A DNA stretch of 64,000 nucleotides from the human T2T-CHM13v2.0 reference genome, Homo sapiens. The number at the start of each line of letters is the position of its first letter. Within the stretch, counting starts at the first letter, position 1. A model generated the notes under the pieces. It saw nothing but the letters and a program-made list of their open reading frames with translations. It had not been told where the DNA came from and did no database searches. Location: NCBI RefSeq assembly GCF_009914755.1, contig NC_060933.1. One strand, given 5' to 3'. This document shows, piece by piece, positions 11,333-26,076 of the stretch. The position numbers and the translations under genes are program-made.

Positions 11333-13199
11333 TAATGTGGTGGAATACATTACATTTTTGAGTACAATACAAGACACTAAAAAAAGTGTAAAAAACTTAT
11401 GATGCAGTTACATTACTCAGGCACCAGGCTTGGACCCACCCATGGTCTAGGAAGTTGAGTGGTAACCACCTACCATTAAAGTTTTTCATGCCAAAATGAT
11501 ATTTTTCATAAAGTGCTATACAGAAATCTGGGGTTTCAATTTGTTTACTCTTCAAAAACTTTAACAGATTCAAAACTCTGTTGTGGAGAAAACTGTGGAT
11601 TGGTTGCAAATATCCTTGGAGGCTACCTCTGTGAAAAAGGGTGACTGCCCTCGGTCTGGGCAAGAAAGAAAATCAGCCTGTCAACTTTGACAGTAAAATG
11701 CCCAATGCAACTTCTTGTTCAGCTTGTTTCTAAAACATATAAATCCCTTGTTAATCAATAATACAGCACTCAGTCACTAATTTCAGAATAGAATTATGAA
11801 TAAGCTGTGACCCAGCATTTCTCAAAGACTGCTTGGAACATCTAATACTTAAGGAAGATAGCTTAATAGGCATGTAAATCTTTTAATTCTCTAGGTTCAA
11901 TAAATTATATCCTGACATTTAGATAACCAGAAATAAGGTACTAGAGTAATATTGCCTCAACTGTTCTTAGGAATCTCTTTGTTCATGAGAACATCAATTA
12001 TGCACTGAATGATGCAAAATGCGGGAGATACTATTCTGGGTACTTTGGAATATCAGAGGAAAAGGAAACACAAACCATTTAAGATGGCATTTTCTGACTG
12101 CAACTCTTAGAGAGGGTTAATAGCAAAAATTTTCATACATAGAATATTTGTGTATTTTTAAAAATCAGTATTAATTAATACTATTAATTAACATGTATTT
12201 TATAATCGATGTTGAGAAAAAAAGCAAAATAGTTCTTATTTTTATCCCACAGACTAATTTAATAAATATTTATTGATTGACTTCCATGTATAATAGAAAT
12301 ATGACGGGAAACCAGGCAGACATAATCCCCATCTCGAAGAAAAATATACTAAAGAAAGCTTGGGAAAATTACAATTAAAGACATAGCCATATTAAAGCTT
12401 TAAGACCGTTTGAAAAATTGTAAAATAATCAATTATAGGTAATGAAGCCTGAATAAAATAATGGGAAATTCATTACACCTAAAAACTTAGCCTATCGGAA
12501 GCTATTCTTTTTAAGGACATAATTTATCTTTTATCTTCCTGATACTAATATTTACTCTGAAAAAGACTGAAAAGTTCATATAATTCCTTCTTATTGGCAA
12601 TGATGATGACTTTATTTCTCCAAATACAACCGTTTACTTTAAAAAAGTCAAATGACGAGAAATCCTTTACTAGTCCTATTTCTTATTAAGTCACATAAAG
12701 TGCAGAACTCGTTGTACATAATTATCTCATCGGATCACCTTTATTTCTCTACTCCTATTTTTTGTTGTGATTTTATATTGTCCATTTTTAGGTTACCTTC
12801 TTTACTGTATGTGGTTTCAAACTTGCAAAGACAGTTTTTGGAAGAAGCAAAGCATAGCAAACTTTATTAAAGATGTGCAAACACGTTGAAAATACATTCC
12901 ACATATTAGGTAGAAATTCTCCATTCCATATTAAGTGTAGTTTATTTCTTAATTCCATATGAAGGGCAGTTATTTCCATATTAAGTGTAGTGGCCACCTA
13001 CAACATTCACAGAGTGTATTACTTATGCCCTTTAAGAGCAAGCACCACCCATTATATATGCGTGTATATTTTTGTGTGACCTGTGAAAAACTCTATTAGG
13101 ACCAACATCAGTTTTCCACTTTCTCTTTGTTAACGAAGAGACTTGATCATGATTTGGTGAAGTAGGTTTTGTGAGTGGCAATGCACAGAGGCCAGGGCA

Positions 13200-13980
13200 G
13201 TGTATCATGTATATTGTGTCCTCATTCTCTATATTCATAGCCTTCATTTCAGCTGGGGCTGGACATGTGGTCCAGTTTTTGCCAATGATGACAGAGAAAA
13301 TCTGATGAGAGGATTTCTAAAAAACTTTTTCTTTCTTATAAAAAGTTCACAGAATTGTCAGGCACTGCCTTTTCCCCTACCTTCATTGATTAAGAGGCCA
13401 CGTCAAAGATATGACATATATTTTGTGACTGTGAGACATTACCCAAGATGGAAGCCAACAGCCTCAGAATGTTGGAGAAAAGTTCAAGATCCCAGATGTC
13501 AGTGGGTAGAGGAAATGGGGAGATGTCAAAGGGTATAAACTTCCAGTTATAAGAGGAGTTAAGTTCTGGGAATCTAATGTACAGTAAGGTGACGATAGTT
13601 AATAATAATATATTGTATACTTGAAATTTGTCAAGAGAGTAGATTTTAAGTACTCTTATCACATATGCATAAAAGAAAATTATGTGATGTGACAGATATG
13701 TTAATTAGCTTGATTATGGATAACATTTCACAATGAATATGTATATGAAAAAATCATGTTGTACACATTGAATATATGCAATTTTTATTTGTCAATTATA
13801 CCTCAATAAAGCTCAAAACAAAATACTGATGTTATGTCATTTTTAAGAAGCTGAACCAGCACTAGCAATATCTGCTATGGTCTTCTTACCATGTAAAAGA
13901 GATGAACAACCATATATTTAGAAAAGTATTAGTTGGGGTTTCAGTTTATGGCAGCTGAATGCGTTCTTAACTTATGCACT
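13200..13980 (+). mobile_element. MLT1J/K-like MaLR LTR interrupted by L1
   Basis: 'catgtggtccagtttttgccaatga...aagatggaagccaac' resumes after 13825 with 'gctgaaccagc...gttggggtttcagtt...gcagctgaatgc'. Confidence 0.7.
13503..13823 (+). mobile_element. L1MA8/9-L1MB-like 3' UTR fragment
   Basis: 'aaagggtataaacttccagttataag...ctaatgtacag...tcaattatacctcaataaagct' with A-rich tail. Confidence 0.9.
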
Positions 13981-14779
13981 TTCATACCTTTTCATTAGTA
14001 GTACTCAATAAATAATTTTTCAAATTGTTCTTTAATCAAGATGTCATGTATGTTACTTGTCACCCTCCCACTCGAGTGATCTAAATTTGTTGCTCACTAA
14101 TTTTTGCCAGAGCTAGTCAGTAGACCTTTAATAACTATTTATCAAATGAAAATGAATAAAATTTTTATAATACTCATTTATGTTTTCTTGCTACATAAAT
14201 TTCCTTCTCTTTCCTGTAATCTTGAGGTCAATTTATTTTTCCAGATCATAATTTTGATCATGCCTTTTTTCCTGTTTATGTATGTTAAATGGCTCCCCAG
14301 AGTCTACAGAAATCCAAATTTGTTACTCCATTATTTGAAATCATTCAAAATCTACCCTTAATATTTCTTTTCAATCTAATTTCACATTATTGATTATAAT
14401 CCAAACAAATGGCTGTCACTTTTTCTTACACAGCTTACCAACTTTGGGGAGGGGATACTAATTATTTTGCTGAAATGACTGACCACTCCTCATTTGTGCC
14501 TAGCAATCACTTGTTTCTCTTTTCAGTTCCATCTCACATTTTATCTCCCCCAGAAAACCTTTCTTTACTCCTCAATTTAATCTACCTCCACCAAAGTGGA
14601 AACAATATTCTCCTACTCTGAACTATGAAACAGTAACTTATTTGTGATTTCCTAATAACTTATAAATGCTGCTGAATATTATAGGTTTCTAAGTACAAGG
14701 CTTTTCTACTCTACTATATTTGGGATACTGTCTGTGCTTTTCTGAATTTTGTTGCGGTGTAAAACACAAAGAGGTAATG

Positions 14780-16340
<1,561 letters not shown>

Positions 16341-16344
16341 ATTA

Positions 16345-16750
16345 ACCTTCTAATCATAAGTATCTGGTACAGAAGTTATATATCCACACTAAACAAATTA
16401 AAAGCTGGTCAAAATATATGAAATGACTGTTTTTAGCTATTGAGACAAGTAGTGTTGGGCTGTGATTCCTCATAAACGGGAAACAAATTAGATGGTCCCT
16501 ATTGAATTTTCAGCTTTCTTCATGGTGGCAATTTCCAGTCTCCAGTGCAAGGAGGGGAAACTGAAGGAGAATAAGGCGGTTACATTCAGTTAGAGCCTGA
16601 GAGCAGAATTTGGTTAGGCTGAAGCAGCTGGAAACTGTGGAATGTAATACCAGAGAGGAGACTGCCACACAAAGAACTCTAAAAATGTGAGCAAAGATCC
16701 CCTGTACTCTGTTGTCAAATACTAAGCTGTGCATCAACAATGTTGCTGCA
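16345..16750 (+). mobile_element. old L1 5'-region fragment (L1MC/L1MD-type)
   Basis: 'aaagctggtcaaaatatatgaaatgactgtttttag...cagaatttggttaggctgaagcagctggaa'; family assignment tentative. Confidence 0.5.
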
Positions 16751-16755
16751 TTATA

Positions 16756-17281
16756 TGTGGATATGGCCAACACCCCAAAATATGGTGCTTCTGTCTCTCC
16801 CAAAGCATAGAATGAAGTTGTTCTCCAGAGTCTCCTTAACTACCTAAAGTCTGGACCTGTCACAGAAGAAAACAATGACCTCTGGTCACTTTCCTAAATT
16901 TTCATTAACTGAACTCTTATCACAGGATGAGAGACTGAAGTCTGGCCACATACCTGGGCACACTTTTGTCACTAACCACTGTCTCTTCTGTGAGCCCAAA
17001 AGACTTCCCTCCAGCCATCGTATGTTCTTCAAGCTCATTGAATTTCCCTAACAATCATTTACTACCCCGCGAAAATCATCCACACTTCCCCATCTCACTT
17101 TTCCCTAAGAAGGAGAGCATGTAACCATTCGTATCCCATTGCATAGTAATCACTCTGTGATTCTCCCCCAGGTACATTAGTAACTTTGTATGTCTTTTCT
17201 CCTATCAATCTTCCTTTTTTTCAGTTTGATTTTCAGCAAACCTTCAGAAGGCAAAAGGGAAAGTTTTCCCATGGGCCAACG
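16756..17281 (+). mobile_element. MER34/MER39-group ERV1 solo LTR
   Basis: Starts 'tgtg...caccccaaaatatgg', ends 'gattttcagcaaaccttcagaaggcaaaagggaaagttttccc'. Confidence 0.75.
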
Positions 17282-17293
17282 TGGATATGTTTC

Positions 17294-17990
17294 TGTAATA
17301 GTCTGCTCAGCCTTCTACAACAAGATGTCGCAGACTGGGTGACTTAAACCAGGGATCCTCAAACCCTGGCAATGGATCGGTACGGGTCAGTGGCCTGTTA
17401 GGAATCAGGCCACGTAGCAGGAGGTGAGTGGCCAAGCAAGCATTACAGCCTGAGCTCCGCCTCCTATCAGATCAGCGGTGGCATTAGATTCTCATAGGAG
17501 CACAAACCCTATTGCTAACTGTACTTGCAAGGGATCTAGACTGCATTTTCCTTATGAGAATCTAATGCCTGATGATCTGAGGTGGAATAGTCGCATCCAA
17601 AAACCGTCCTCCACAGTCCCCTCCATGAAAAAAATTGTCTTCCGCAAAGCTGGTCCCTGGTGCCAAAAAAGTTGGGGACCGTTGGCTTGGACAACAGAAA
17701 TTGGTTACTCACAGATTTGGAAACTGGGAAGTCCAAGATCAAGGTACTTACTGATTTGGTTCCAGGGCTCTTTTCCTGGTTTGTAGATGGCCATATTTTC
17801 ACTGTATACTCATATGACCTCAACTTTGTGTACGTGTGGGGGAGAGAGAAAAAAGCTCTCTGATATCTCTTCTTAGAAGGGCACTTAATCTAATAGGATC
17901 AAGGCTCCACCTTTAAAACTTATAGGCCCTGTCTCCAAAAAGTAGTCAAATTAGGGGTTAGAGCATCAACATATAAATCCGGTGAGGGGG
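17294..17990 (-). mobile_element. MLT1A/MST-type MaLR LTR interrupted by MER1B
   Basis: 'agactgggtgacttaaac|aacagaaatt...ctcacag...ctgggaagtccaagatcaagg...ggggttagagcatcaacatata'. Confidence 0.8.
17350..17684 (+). mobile_element. MER1B (hAT-Charlie), full length
   Basis: 'cagggatcctcaaaccc...gcattagattctcataggagc...gccaaaaaagttggggaccgttg'; degenerate 8-bp TSD acttaaac/gcttggac. Confidence 0.9.
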
Positions 17991-19653
17991 TTGGCAGGAG
18001 GTCCCAATTTTGTCCATAGGAGTTTCTGTTATTTGTTGCCCTCCCCTTTCATGTGTCTTACTGTACCTGGTAATTATCGCCTGAATGACAGAAATTATAC
18101 ATATATAATTGTTATCTCTGGGCCATATTCTCTTCTACCACCAATGATTCATCTTCCTCTAGGAGGCAGCTGGAGTATGAAACAGATTACCTTAATGCAA
18201 TCAAGACCAATCAGATTTACGGTTGGTTTATTGGGGTCATAAGGCTCAGATGCTTTTTAATTTGCCTCCACTCCTAAGGCATAGCTCTGCAGGGTCTCTA
18301 GCTGGAGACCTAACTACCGTTATTGTTTGATCAGATACTTGTGTATGCTGAAACTCTTCTCTCACTAGCAGCAGCTTTCTGTTTTGCTTCTTAGCCTCTT
18401 TCCATGTTCACCTTAAAGTATTAGGATATTCCTCAAAAGAAAATACCCAGAGTGTTCCCTTTTCCCCATCTCTGAAAACTCCGAGACCATTGTCCCCAAG
18501 TCTTACTTCTTGTGTCCTAAACAAAAATTATTCGCCAGCCCCATGCAATTACCAAAACCTGCTCAGCTTATCTGTTTTGGTTATGGTCCTTTGTCCTGTT
18601 TTTCAGATTCTCACTTTCCCAAGACCATAACCTGGCAGATTCCCTGAGGGGAAAATGTCTTCTTATCCTCTGTTTTTGATTTTCTGCTTCCTCATTTGCC
18701 TTAGCAGCAATATGGTCTTTTCAATTTGATTTTTAAACATTTTATCCAGCTTTTCTAAATGTATTGACTGAAGTACTGGTCTGCCATGAGCTGCTGCATC
18801 AGAGCCAGAAGTGAAAGTATGACTCTGACATGTCACTTAGTACCTAATATATAATAAATGTTAGCTAAATCTAAATATTTAGTGACTGAAAACAAGAATA
18901 AACAAATGAACAGATTAAAAATACTTTTTTTATTTAGTAAAGAGACCTTGATCAAAGTGCTGAATCTAATATTAAATTTTCTTGGAAATTATAACAATGT
19001 TCAAACTATCCTATCAACTGTTGCATTTTTTTTTCTTTTTTGTGGGGGGGTGCAGGGGTGTTATGTTACAGAGGTTATAGTAGAAAGAAATTCTGGGGAC
19101 AGGATATATACGAATATTTCACATTTTCTTCTTCCACCAATGTAATAATTGAGAACTGGAAATATTAGTTAAATTAGTGTAAGAATACGTAGAGAAGCTT
19201 AATCTGTTCTGCTAGTTACTATAATTTACAAAAGGACAAGAAGTATATTAGGTTAAAATTTCTTAATGTTGGGTTAATTGTAATAAATAAGAGTTCTTTA
19301 ATTTTAGAGCACCTGATTAGCTTTATTTAACATATGAAATGCTAGTCAATGAAAATTAAAAAGGGTTAATGTTTTGACATGCATATTTCATTATTTAGCC
19401 TTATATTTCTAATATTTTCAATGCATATTAATAAAATGCGTTGAGTACTTGGCATTTCTCCTACAAAGAATAAGAAGGTAGACAGTACATGAAGATTATG
19501 ACCTCCTATTCTAGTTTTCCTCCAATTTAAATTTAGCAAATCTCAGTTTAATATTTATAGATAAATGATGGACTACAGGTAACTTCTAGCTACTGTGGAG
19601 TTAACATGATTTTCAGATGCCTATTTAAGCCATGATAAATGGAAAATGTCTAA

Positions 19654-19971
<318 letters not shown>

Positions 19972-20074
19972 TAATGTTAAATCTACTCTCTTACTTTAAT
20001 TTACAATTGAGCCTAAAGAATCAAGATTAAGTATAGAAAAGTGCTGATGGTCTTTGATTTGAAGAGGCTATAAA

Positions 20075-20838
20075 TGTAAAAGAAAAATTGCACTGGACAG
20101 AGTTAAACAAGAAGACTTTATTCAAGACGACTGCAGTAGGGAAGACAGATTGAACTCAATCCCAATGAAACAAAAGGCAGGAGAGTTTTTAAGCACTGGG
20201 ATGAGCTAATGAAAAAGAACCAGAGAACTATAGGCTGATGTGGTCCACTGTGTTTGCTAATTGGTGCTTATGGAAGTTAGGTTCCTAGCCTCCCATCTAG
20301 ACTTGGAGATAGGAGTCCTATCTTCTTTGATGATTACATTTCAAAGGAATAGTTCCCAGGTCCTTGAAAAAGAAATGCCTAGATTGTAAAACTGGAAAGA
20401 GGTTGGGAGAAGATTTACATCTCAAAAAGTCAGGAAATTATTTACAATAAAAAATTGTCTGAGGTAGGCTGGGAGCAGTGGCTCACTCCTGTAATCCCAG
20501 CACTTTGGGAGGCCGTGGCAGGTAGATCACTTGAGGTCAGGAGTTCTAGTCCAGCCTGGCCAACATGATGAAACCCCATTTCTACTAAAAATACAAAATT
20601 AGGTGGGTGTGGTGGCAGGAGCCTGTAATCCCAGCTACTCTGGAGGTGGAGGTGGCAGTTAGCCAAGACCGCGCCACTGAACTCCAGTCTGGGTGACAGA
20701 GCAAGACTCCATCTCAAAAATAAATAAATTAAAAAAAAATTGTCTAAGGTAAATTAGGATGTCAGGGCCCCTAATATCAAGAAGAAACCTATTTAATGTT
20801 TAGTCAAGCTGAGGGTAACATTAAGGCCTTCTTGGTCA
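20075..20838 (-). mobile_element. MER31/MER67-like ERV1 LTR interrupted by Alu
   Basis: 'aagactttattcaagac...gattgaactcaat...ttacatttcaaagg...cccaggtccttga...cttggtca'; TG...CA ends. Confidence 0.6.
20467..20739 (+). mobile_element. AluS with ~30-bp right-arm deletion
   Basis: 'cagctactctggaggtggaggtggcag' skips 'ctgaggcaggagaatcgcttgaacc'; TSD aaaaattgtct(g/a)aggta. Confidence 0.93.
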
Positions 20839-21394
20839 CAATGTACACAAAACCTGTGGGATCCCATATAGAAACTCTGTCTCTCTTTTTTCCTCAGTCC
20901 ATATTTGGAATAACAACAATATAACACTCCTTTGGTAGTTATATTTTCTCACCTTCTTTACAGAAGAAGAAATCCTTACTTAGAAAGGGTAAGTAACTTG
21001 ACCCTAATGATCTAGCTGGAAGTGACAGGTCTCTGTGAGATTCAAGAGTCTATTTTCCTAACCATTGTGTTACAGAGATGAAGTAGACCTAATTGTGACA
21101 TCCTTTTCCTCTTTTATGCCCTTTTTATTTATCCTTATGTTGCATTTATCCAAATTAATTCAATGGGGCAGTCTAACAAATCTAGTTTACATTTCATTAA
21201 TTATGGGCATGTTAATAACAACTCTTAACCCCAAACATTACCACAGTTCAGGGACAAAGGTTATTAAGGAGGATATAAATTCTCTATATGTACTGGATGG
21301 CTCCCAAGGAAACAGGATTGGCATGTTTTACTATCAGTGTTATCAGAGTCATGTTGTAGGCAGCTCCCTTCTATCAAGTCAACAAATAAAATAA

Positions 21395-21560
21395 TGGTAA
21401 CTACCTTTTTTGATGGATAACATGTTAGCCTCTGTGCTAAGAGATTTGCATAACTTTTTTCATTTAGCTGACCTAGGATCTAGAGAGATAGCAATGTTCT
21501 CCATTTTAAAAGTGAGAAACCTGAGTTTTAGAGAAGCTAAGTAACTTGCACAAGGAGAAG
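21395..21560 (-). mobile_element. MIR fragment
   Basis: 'ctgtgctaag...ccattttaaaagtgagaaacctgag...aagtaacttgcacaagg'. Confidence 0.7.
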
Positions 21561-21701
21561 TCACTTTAGCAATATTCATAGTTATTACAGTTTCAATCTG
21601 GAATTGAATTTGCATTAGCTCATTCCCGTGGCTGTGCTCAAGGGCTACCCTCTACTGCTCTGGTTCTGGGCAGTATGTCAGCTTCTTCCCTCTTTTCTTT
21701 C

Positions 21702-22269
21702 TGAAGGAGACCGCAGAATGTCATCCCAAAATATGGCACCCTAGTATGCTTAAGTATTTTGAAATGAAGGCCCTTGGAGATCAGCAGGTGCTAGGAGAGG
21801 CTTTTCCCCTATCTGCAGAGGGACTGGGCACACCCAAAAAGAAAACAATTACCTTCTGTCCCTTCCCTGAGTTTTCATTAAGTAAACTCATATTGTAGGG
21901 AGTGGGGAATGTAACTACACATGGACAAATTTATTTCATCAGGAGCCACTGTCTATTCCCCTAGACCCATTCAGTTTCCAAAGAAACTAACCATTGGTTA
22001 GGAACCATTGTCTGAGCATTGGGCCTATTCATTTCCCCTAACATTGTTTACTCTAGATTTCCTAATCTCCCTTCCCCTGTGAAGAAGGTTTTAAAAGTAT
22101 ATGCACTTCATTTGGTTTTGGATAATCATTCTACGGTGATTTTTTTTTTTTTACCCACGCATAATAAAATAAATTTGTATGCCTTTTTCTCCTGTTAATG
22201 TGACTTTTGTCAGTTTATTTTCAGCAAATCTTGACTGCAAAGGGGAAGTCTTCCCTCTTCACTCCTATG
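21702..22269 (+). mobile_element. MER34-group ERV1 solo LTR
   Basis: 'tgaaggagacc...cccaaaatatggcacc...gagttttcatta...ttttcagcaaatc...ggggaagtcttccctc'. Confidence 0.75.
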
Positions 22270-22615
22270 CTTCTTTCTTTTCTTCATTTTTTTTTCTGCC
22301 TTCCAATTTACCTTGACTACCTTTTTTTCAATTATCTCACAATCTTGAATAAATCAACGTTTAGTAGTTATGTAGTTAAGCACTTTTACATTTGAGCAAC
22401 GTGAATAATGTAATATAGTTGACTTCTTAAATGGAAGGCCTTCCCTTGGGCTTTTACAGTAATTTTAAAAAGAGAAAAAAATAAATTTTTATAAATGGAA
22501 ACAAATTAAAAATATTTTCTGTCACAGGTGTAAATTTATACTAAATTTCAATTAAAATACAACTACTTATATATTTCATAAATTTGTGGTAGAGGGCATT
22601 GATAATCAAATATAT

Positions 22616-23184
22616 TGATGTTCAGAAAAGAATACCTCGAAATTTGTCACTTTGGACTTCAAACAGAGCAGCTGAAGAGCAGCAAAGGCAGGGAAAGGGC
22701 TTTCTCTGATCTACCCTTAACCGACTAAGGTAAGTTCCTCCAGAAGACATACAATTGTCAGTCAGGGAAGGTTAAATCAGGAAAAGAGACTACAAGTCTG
22801 ACACCTCCATTGAGAGACTTTAACCACAGCTACCATCAATTCCTCTGAGGGTTGCTTCTGAGAAACTTTATCTGCATAGTAAGACAGCCTTGTTCCCAGT
22901 GCAGTTTCTCCCCTGACCCTCCCATGGCTTGTCACCATCTCCCCCTGAAAAGCCCCCAGACCCTATTCTTTCTCTAGGATATAAAACTTCAGTCATTTGA
23001 GGGCATAAAGGTATAAAATCCTTAATCATCGAGTCTTTCTTTGAGTCTCACATTTTATGGGATGCCCATGCATGTGGACATAAAGAATTTGTTTGCCTTT
23101 TTACCTCTTAATCTGTCTACTGTCAAGTTTATTCCAGAAATCTAACTTTCAGGGGGTAGAAGAGAATTTTCTTTCACTCCTACA
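22616..23184 (+). mobile_element. MER34-group (MER34/LTR29/LTR48-like) ERV1 solo LTR
   Basis: 'gttcagaaaagaatacc...actttatctgcatagtaagacagcc...ttaatctgtctactgtcaagtttattccag...ctcctaca'. Confidence 0.65.
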
Positions 23185-23514
23185 AGTGCATTCTTTAAAT
23201 TGTACTTTTACACCTTCAATAAAATGCTTAGGAATTCCTACGTCAGTACTTTTTAAATCCCGGCTAAAGAACTGCCTAAGTAGTTAAAAAAAAAAAAAAA
23301 GAAAAAAGAAAAATACATTCAAACCCTACCATATAGCCACTCTAAAGTGTCAGGTGTCTGTGATTAAAAACATCCCCACTATTGATTGTGATATATAGCC
23401 TGGGATTGAGAATCTCTGCCCAATTTGTTTTTATTAACATTTTAACACATTGATCAGTTTAGCTTAAAAATGATTTAAGAAGTATTTGTTTTGCTTCTGT
23501 GCTATATAAATAGC

Positions 23515-24062
23515 CATGTTAATGTTTCTGGATGTTCACCAAATATTTTCAGTTCTGTCTTCTGGGTATCTGATTGGATTGTACTTCCCAGCTGTCTTGT
23601 TGTTGAGAGGAGCAGTGTGTCTAATGAAATTGTGCTTCTGGGGCAGAATACTTAATTGCTAGTTTAGTTAGGCCTGAGCTACTGAACATACACTAGGCAG
23701 TGCAGCAGCAGCACCATCAATTGAACTCTTCTTAGAAATGTAGATTTTTCAGGGTCTGCCCTGATGTACTGAATCAGAATCAACATTTTCATAAGATCCC
23801 CAGGTGACCTCATGCAAGTTAAAATGTGAGAAGCCTTTCCCTAGAGTCCTAGCTTTCCCTAGAGTTCTAGCTTTCCCTTGTACTATGGCCAGCAATATTT
23901 GAGGTGGTAGCTGATTTCTTGGCCTGGAACTCTGAGTGACTATGGTGGGCAGGACTCCCTGCCAACCAGCAATGGGCATGTAGCATGAGCTAAACCTTTA
24001 TGTTTTCAGATGTTTGTGTAACTTGCCTTTGTAGCATAACATATCCCATACTAACTAGATAC
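23515..24062 (+). mobile_element. MLT1I/H-like MaLR LTR with nested MER5 (~23690-23835)
   Basis: 'gttcaccaaatatt...gattgtacttcccagc...tgagtgactatg...catgtagcatgagc'; MER5 part 'ttagaaatgtagatt...tactgaatcagaatc...aagatccccaggtga'. Confidence 0.7.
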
Positions 24063-25014
24063 CTTGGATGTACAGGATTTCCTTGCCTTTCTCTTCAAAC
24101 TCACTTATAAAATATACAGTGTCAAATCTAAACCAAAAATCTGTAAAAATGTTCAATTTAAACACAGATTTTTATCACAAAAGGCAAAGATTTAGATTGA
24201 TAGGAAAATAAATTCAAGACCAGAAAGAGATAGGACAGGACAGGAAAGGTTCCTTCAGATTGTTGAGGAAATAGCTGAATTGAGCTTATAAGCAGCCAAG
24301 AAGAATGGCTGCCTATGTTTTGGTATTTGAAACTCTTTGGTATTAAAACCAAGGCCAAATGTGTGAGTGACGGGTTGAGGGGTATTTTCACAATTTGTCA
24401 GATGGGCAACTCTGTTTACTAAGCAAAGGAAAAAGCAGGTGGATTAAAAAAGAGAGAGCAGGAAATGGAGAGAAGAGAGAGGAATACAAATAGTAACAAA
24501 GGTTTCCAGCTTACCACAGCTTGCTCTTTATTTCAAACCCAGAAAATAGCTCTGGGCACGTTAGCCTTGATGAACTGGAAAAGTTCCACACATTAAGGTC
24601 AGCAACCCTGACATAAGGCCATATCGAGAATGAATACATCTTTTCGATGAAGGGCTAATCTTGTACAAACACATTGCAGGGTGTTTTCAGGTCCTCTAAT
24701 GACCCCCCGACTCTCTCTCGCACCATATTGTTAATGGAGAAGATATTTGTGTTAAACATTGTGCAGATTAAACTGGTGGATTATTTTCCCTGCATTTAAA
24801 AATATCACTGTGCCCCGTGGCCAGACCATTCCTAACTGAGAAATACAAAATGCAACTGAATTTTTCTTTGCTTCATTAAAGGAAGCTTGAGAAAATTTAA
24901 AGGGACTGTTCAAATGTCTTCCTTAAAATATGCCTATTTCTAGGGCACCCTATGATACCAGTGGCTTCAGAATAGGAGTGAGATTATTATAGACTAGATG
25001 ACAAATTTATTTAA

Positions 25015-25140
25015 TCATTGTGGTATCCATTTATTTAAAAACTGTGCATGCTCTCTTTGTACCAGACACTGTATTAGGATCTGGTGACATAGTGGGATAC
25101 AAGGACAAAGCCACGCTCTTATGAAGCTTACATTCTAGGA
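25015..25140 (-). mobile_element. L2 3' fragment
   Basis: 'tgtaccagacactgtattaggatctggtgacatagtg...gaagcttacattctag'. Confidence 0.65.
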
Positions 25141-26076
25141 TAATTCTTTGCCATAAACATAAACCAAACACTTCCACTAGAAATGCTGACCAATGCCTGG
25201 ATTCTCTGGTAAGTTTCATGAACTCACCCTGCTTGGTAGCATGACATCATTTTATGATATACTAACTTCTACCTTGCTTGACATATCAATGTCTCTATTT
25301 TTTTACTTACTCAATCTTTTAACAGACCATTTATTTAGCACTTCCTGTCATAAAACTTAATCTTCTGACAGTGCTGCTTTCCCAATGCATCTTTATCAAT
25401 ACTGTTTCCAACGAAGTGGGTAAAACAACACAGTGACAAAAGAAATTTGCATATCAGTTCTCGGCTCACACTAAAAATCTATGCTACATCCACAAAGGAT
25501 GCCAACTATTGACAATACCCAGGAGGCAGTCCTGGGACCAAACCAAATGGGCCCATTACCAAGAGTGCTGTTAAAATCAAGCTCCAGGCTAGTAGGAAGG
25601 AATAATGTATTGATGGAGAAATTAAGCAAGTGGATCATGTATGGATGATTTGTGGATGGGAGAAAGATAAAGAAAATAGACATTGGGGTGGAGTGAGCTA
25701 AGATAATACATGTGACTTGGCCAAGTGCCCGTTTGAAATTAATGTTGCAAAGATTGAGTGTTCATGCATCAAACGATTTTTGTACACAGTTTTATTGATT
25801 GCTCTAGGCCTGGATGTTTCCTTAAAGCCATGAAACTAGATTATAGAAATTAGCGAGTGCAAGAGTACAGATGGGTAGGATTGCAATGCCAAATAATTTG
25901 CCAGCGTATCCACAACTGTTGCTTCTCTTATAGTGCTGTTGAAAGAATCAAAGGAGAAGATATCTATGAAAGTGTTTTACAAACCAGAAAGCACTTTACT
26001 TACGAGAAGTGGTGCTATTGTTTGCTATTGTTATTATTACTGTGCTTGTTTTAATGTAACCTAGACACTGTGGTAG

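Noticed and set aside
12167-12182. Perfect 16-bp palindrome AGTATTAATTAATACT (similar AT-rich palindromes near 7385 and 58807)
   Set aside because: Low-complexity AT palindromes are expected by chance in 64 kb of AT-rich DNA.
24500-24900. Repeat-free segment that could be a conserved enhancer
   Set aside because: No specific signal beyond scattered short motifs; cannot be supported without conservation or chromatin data.
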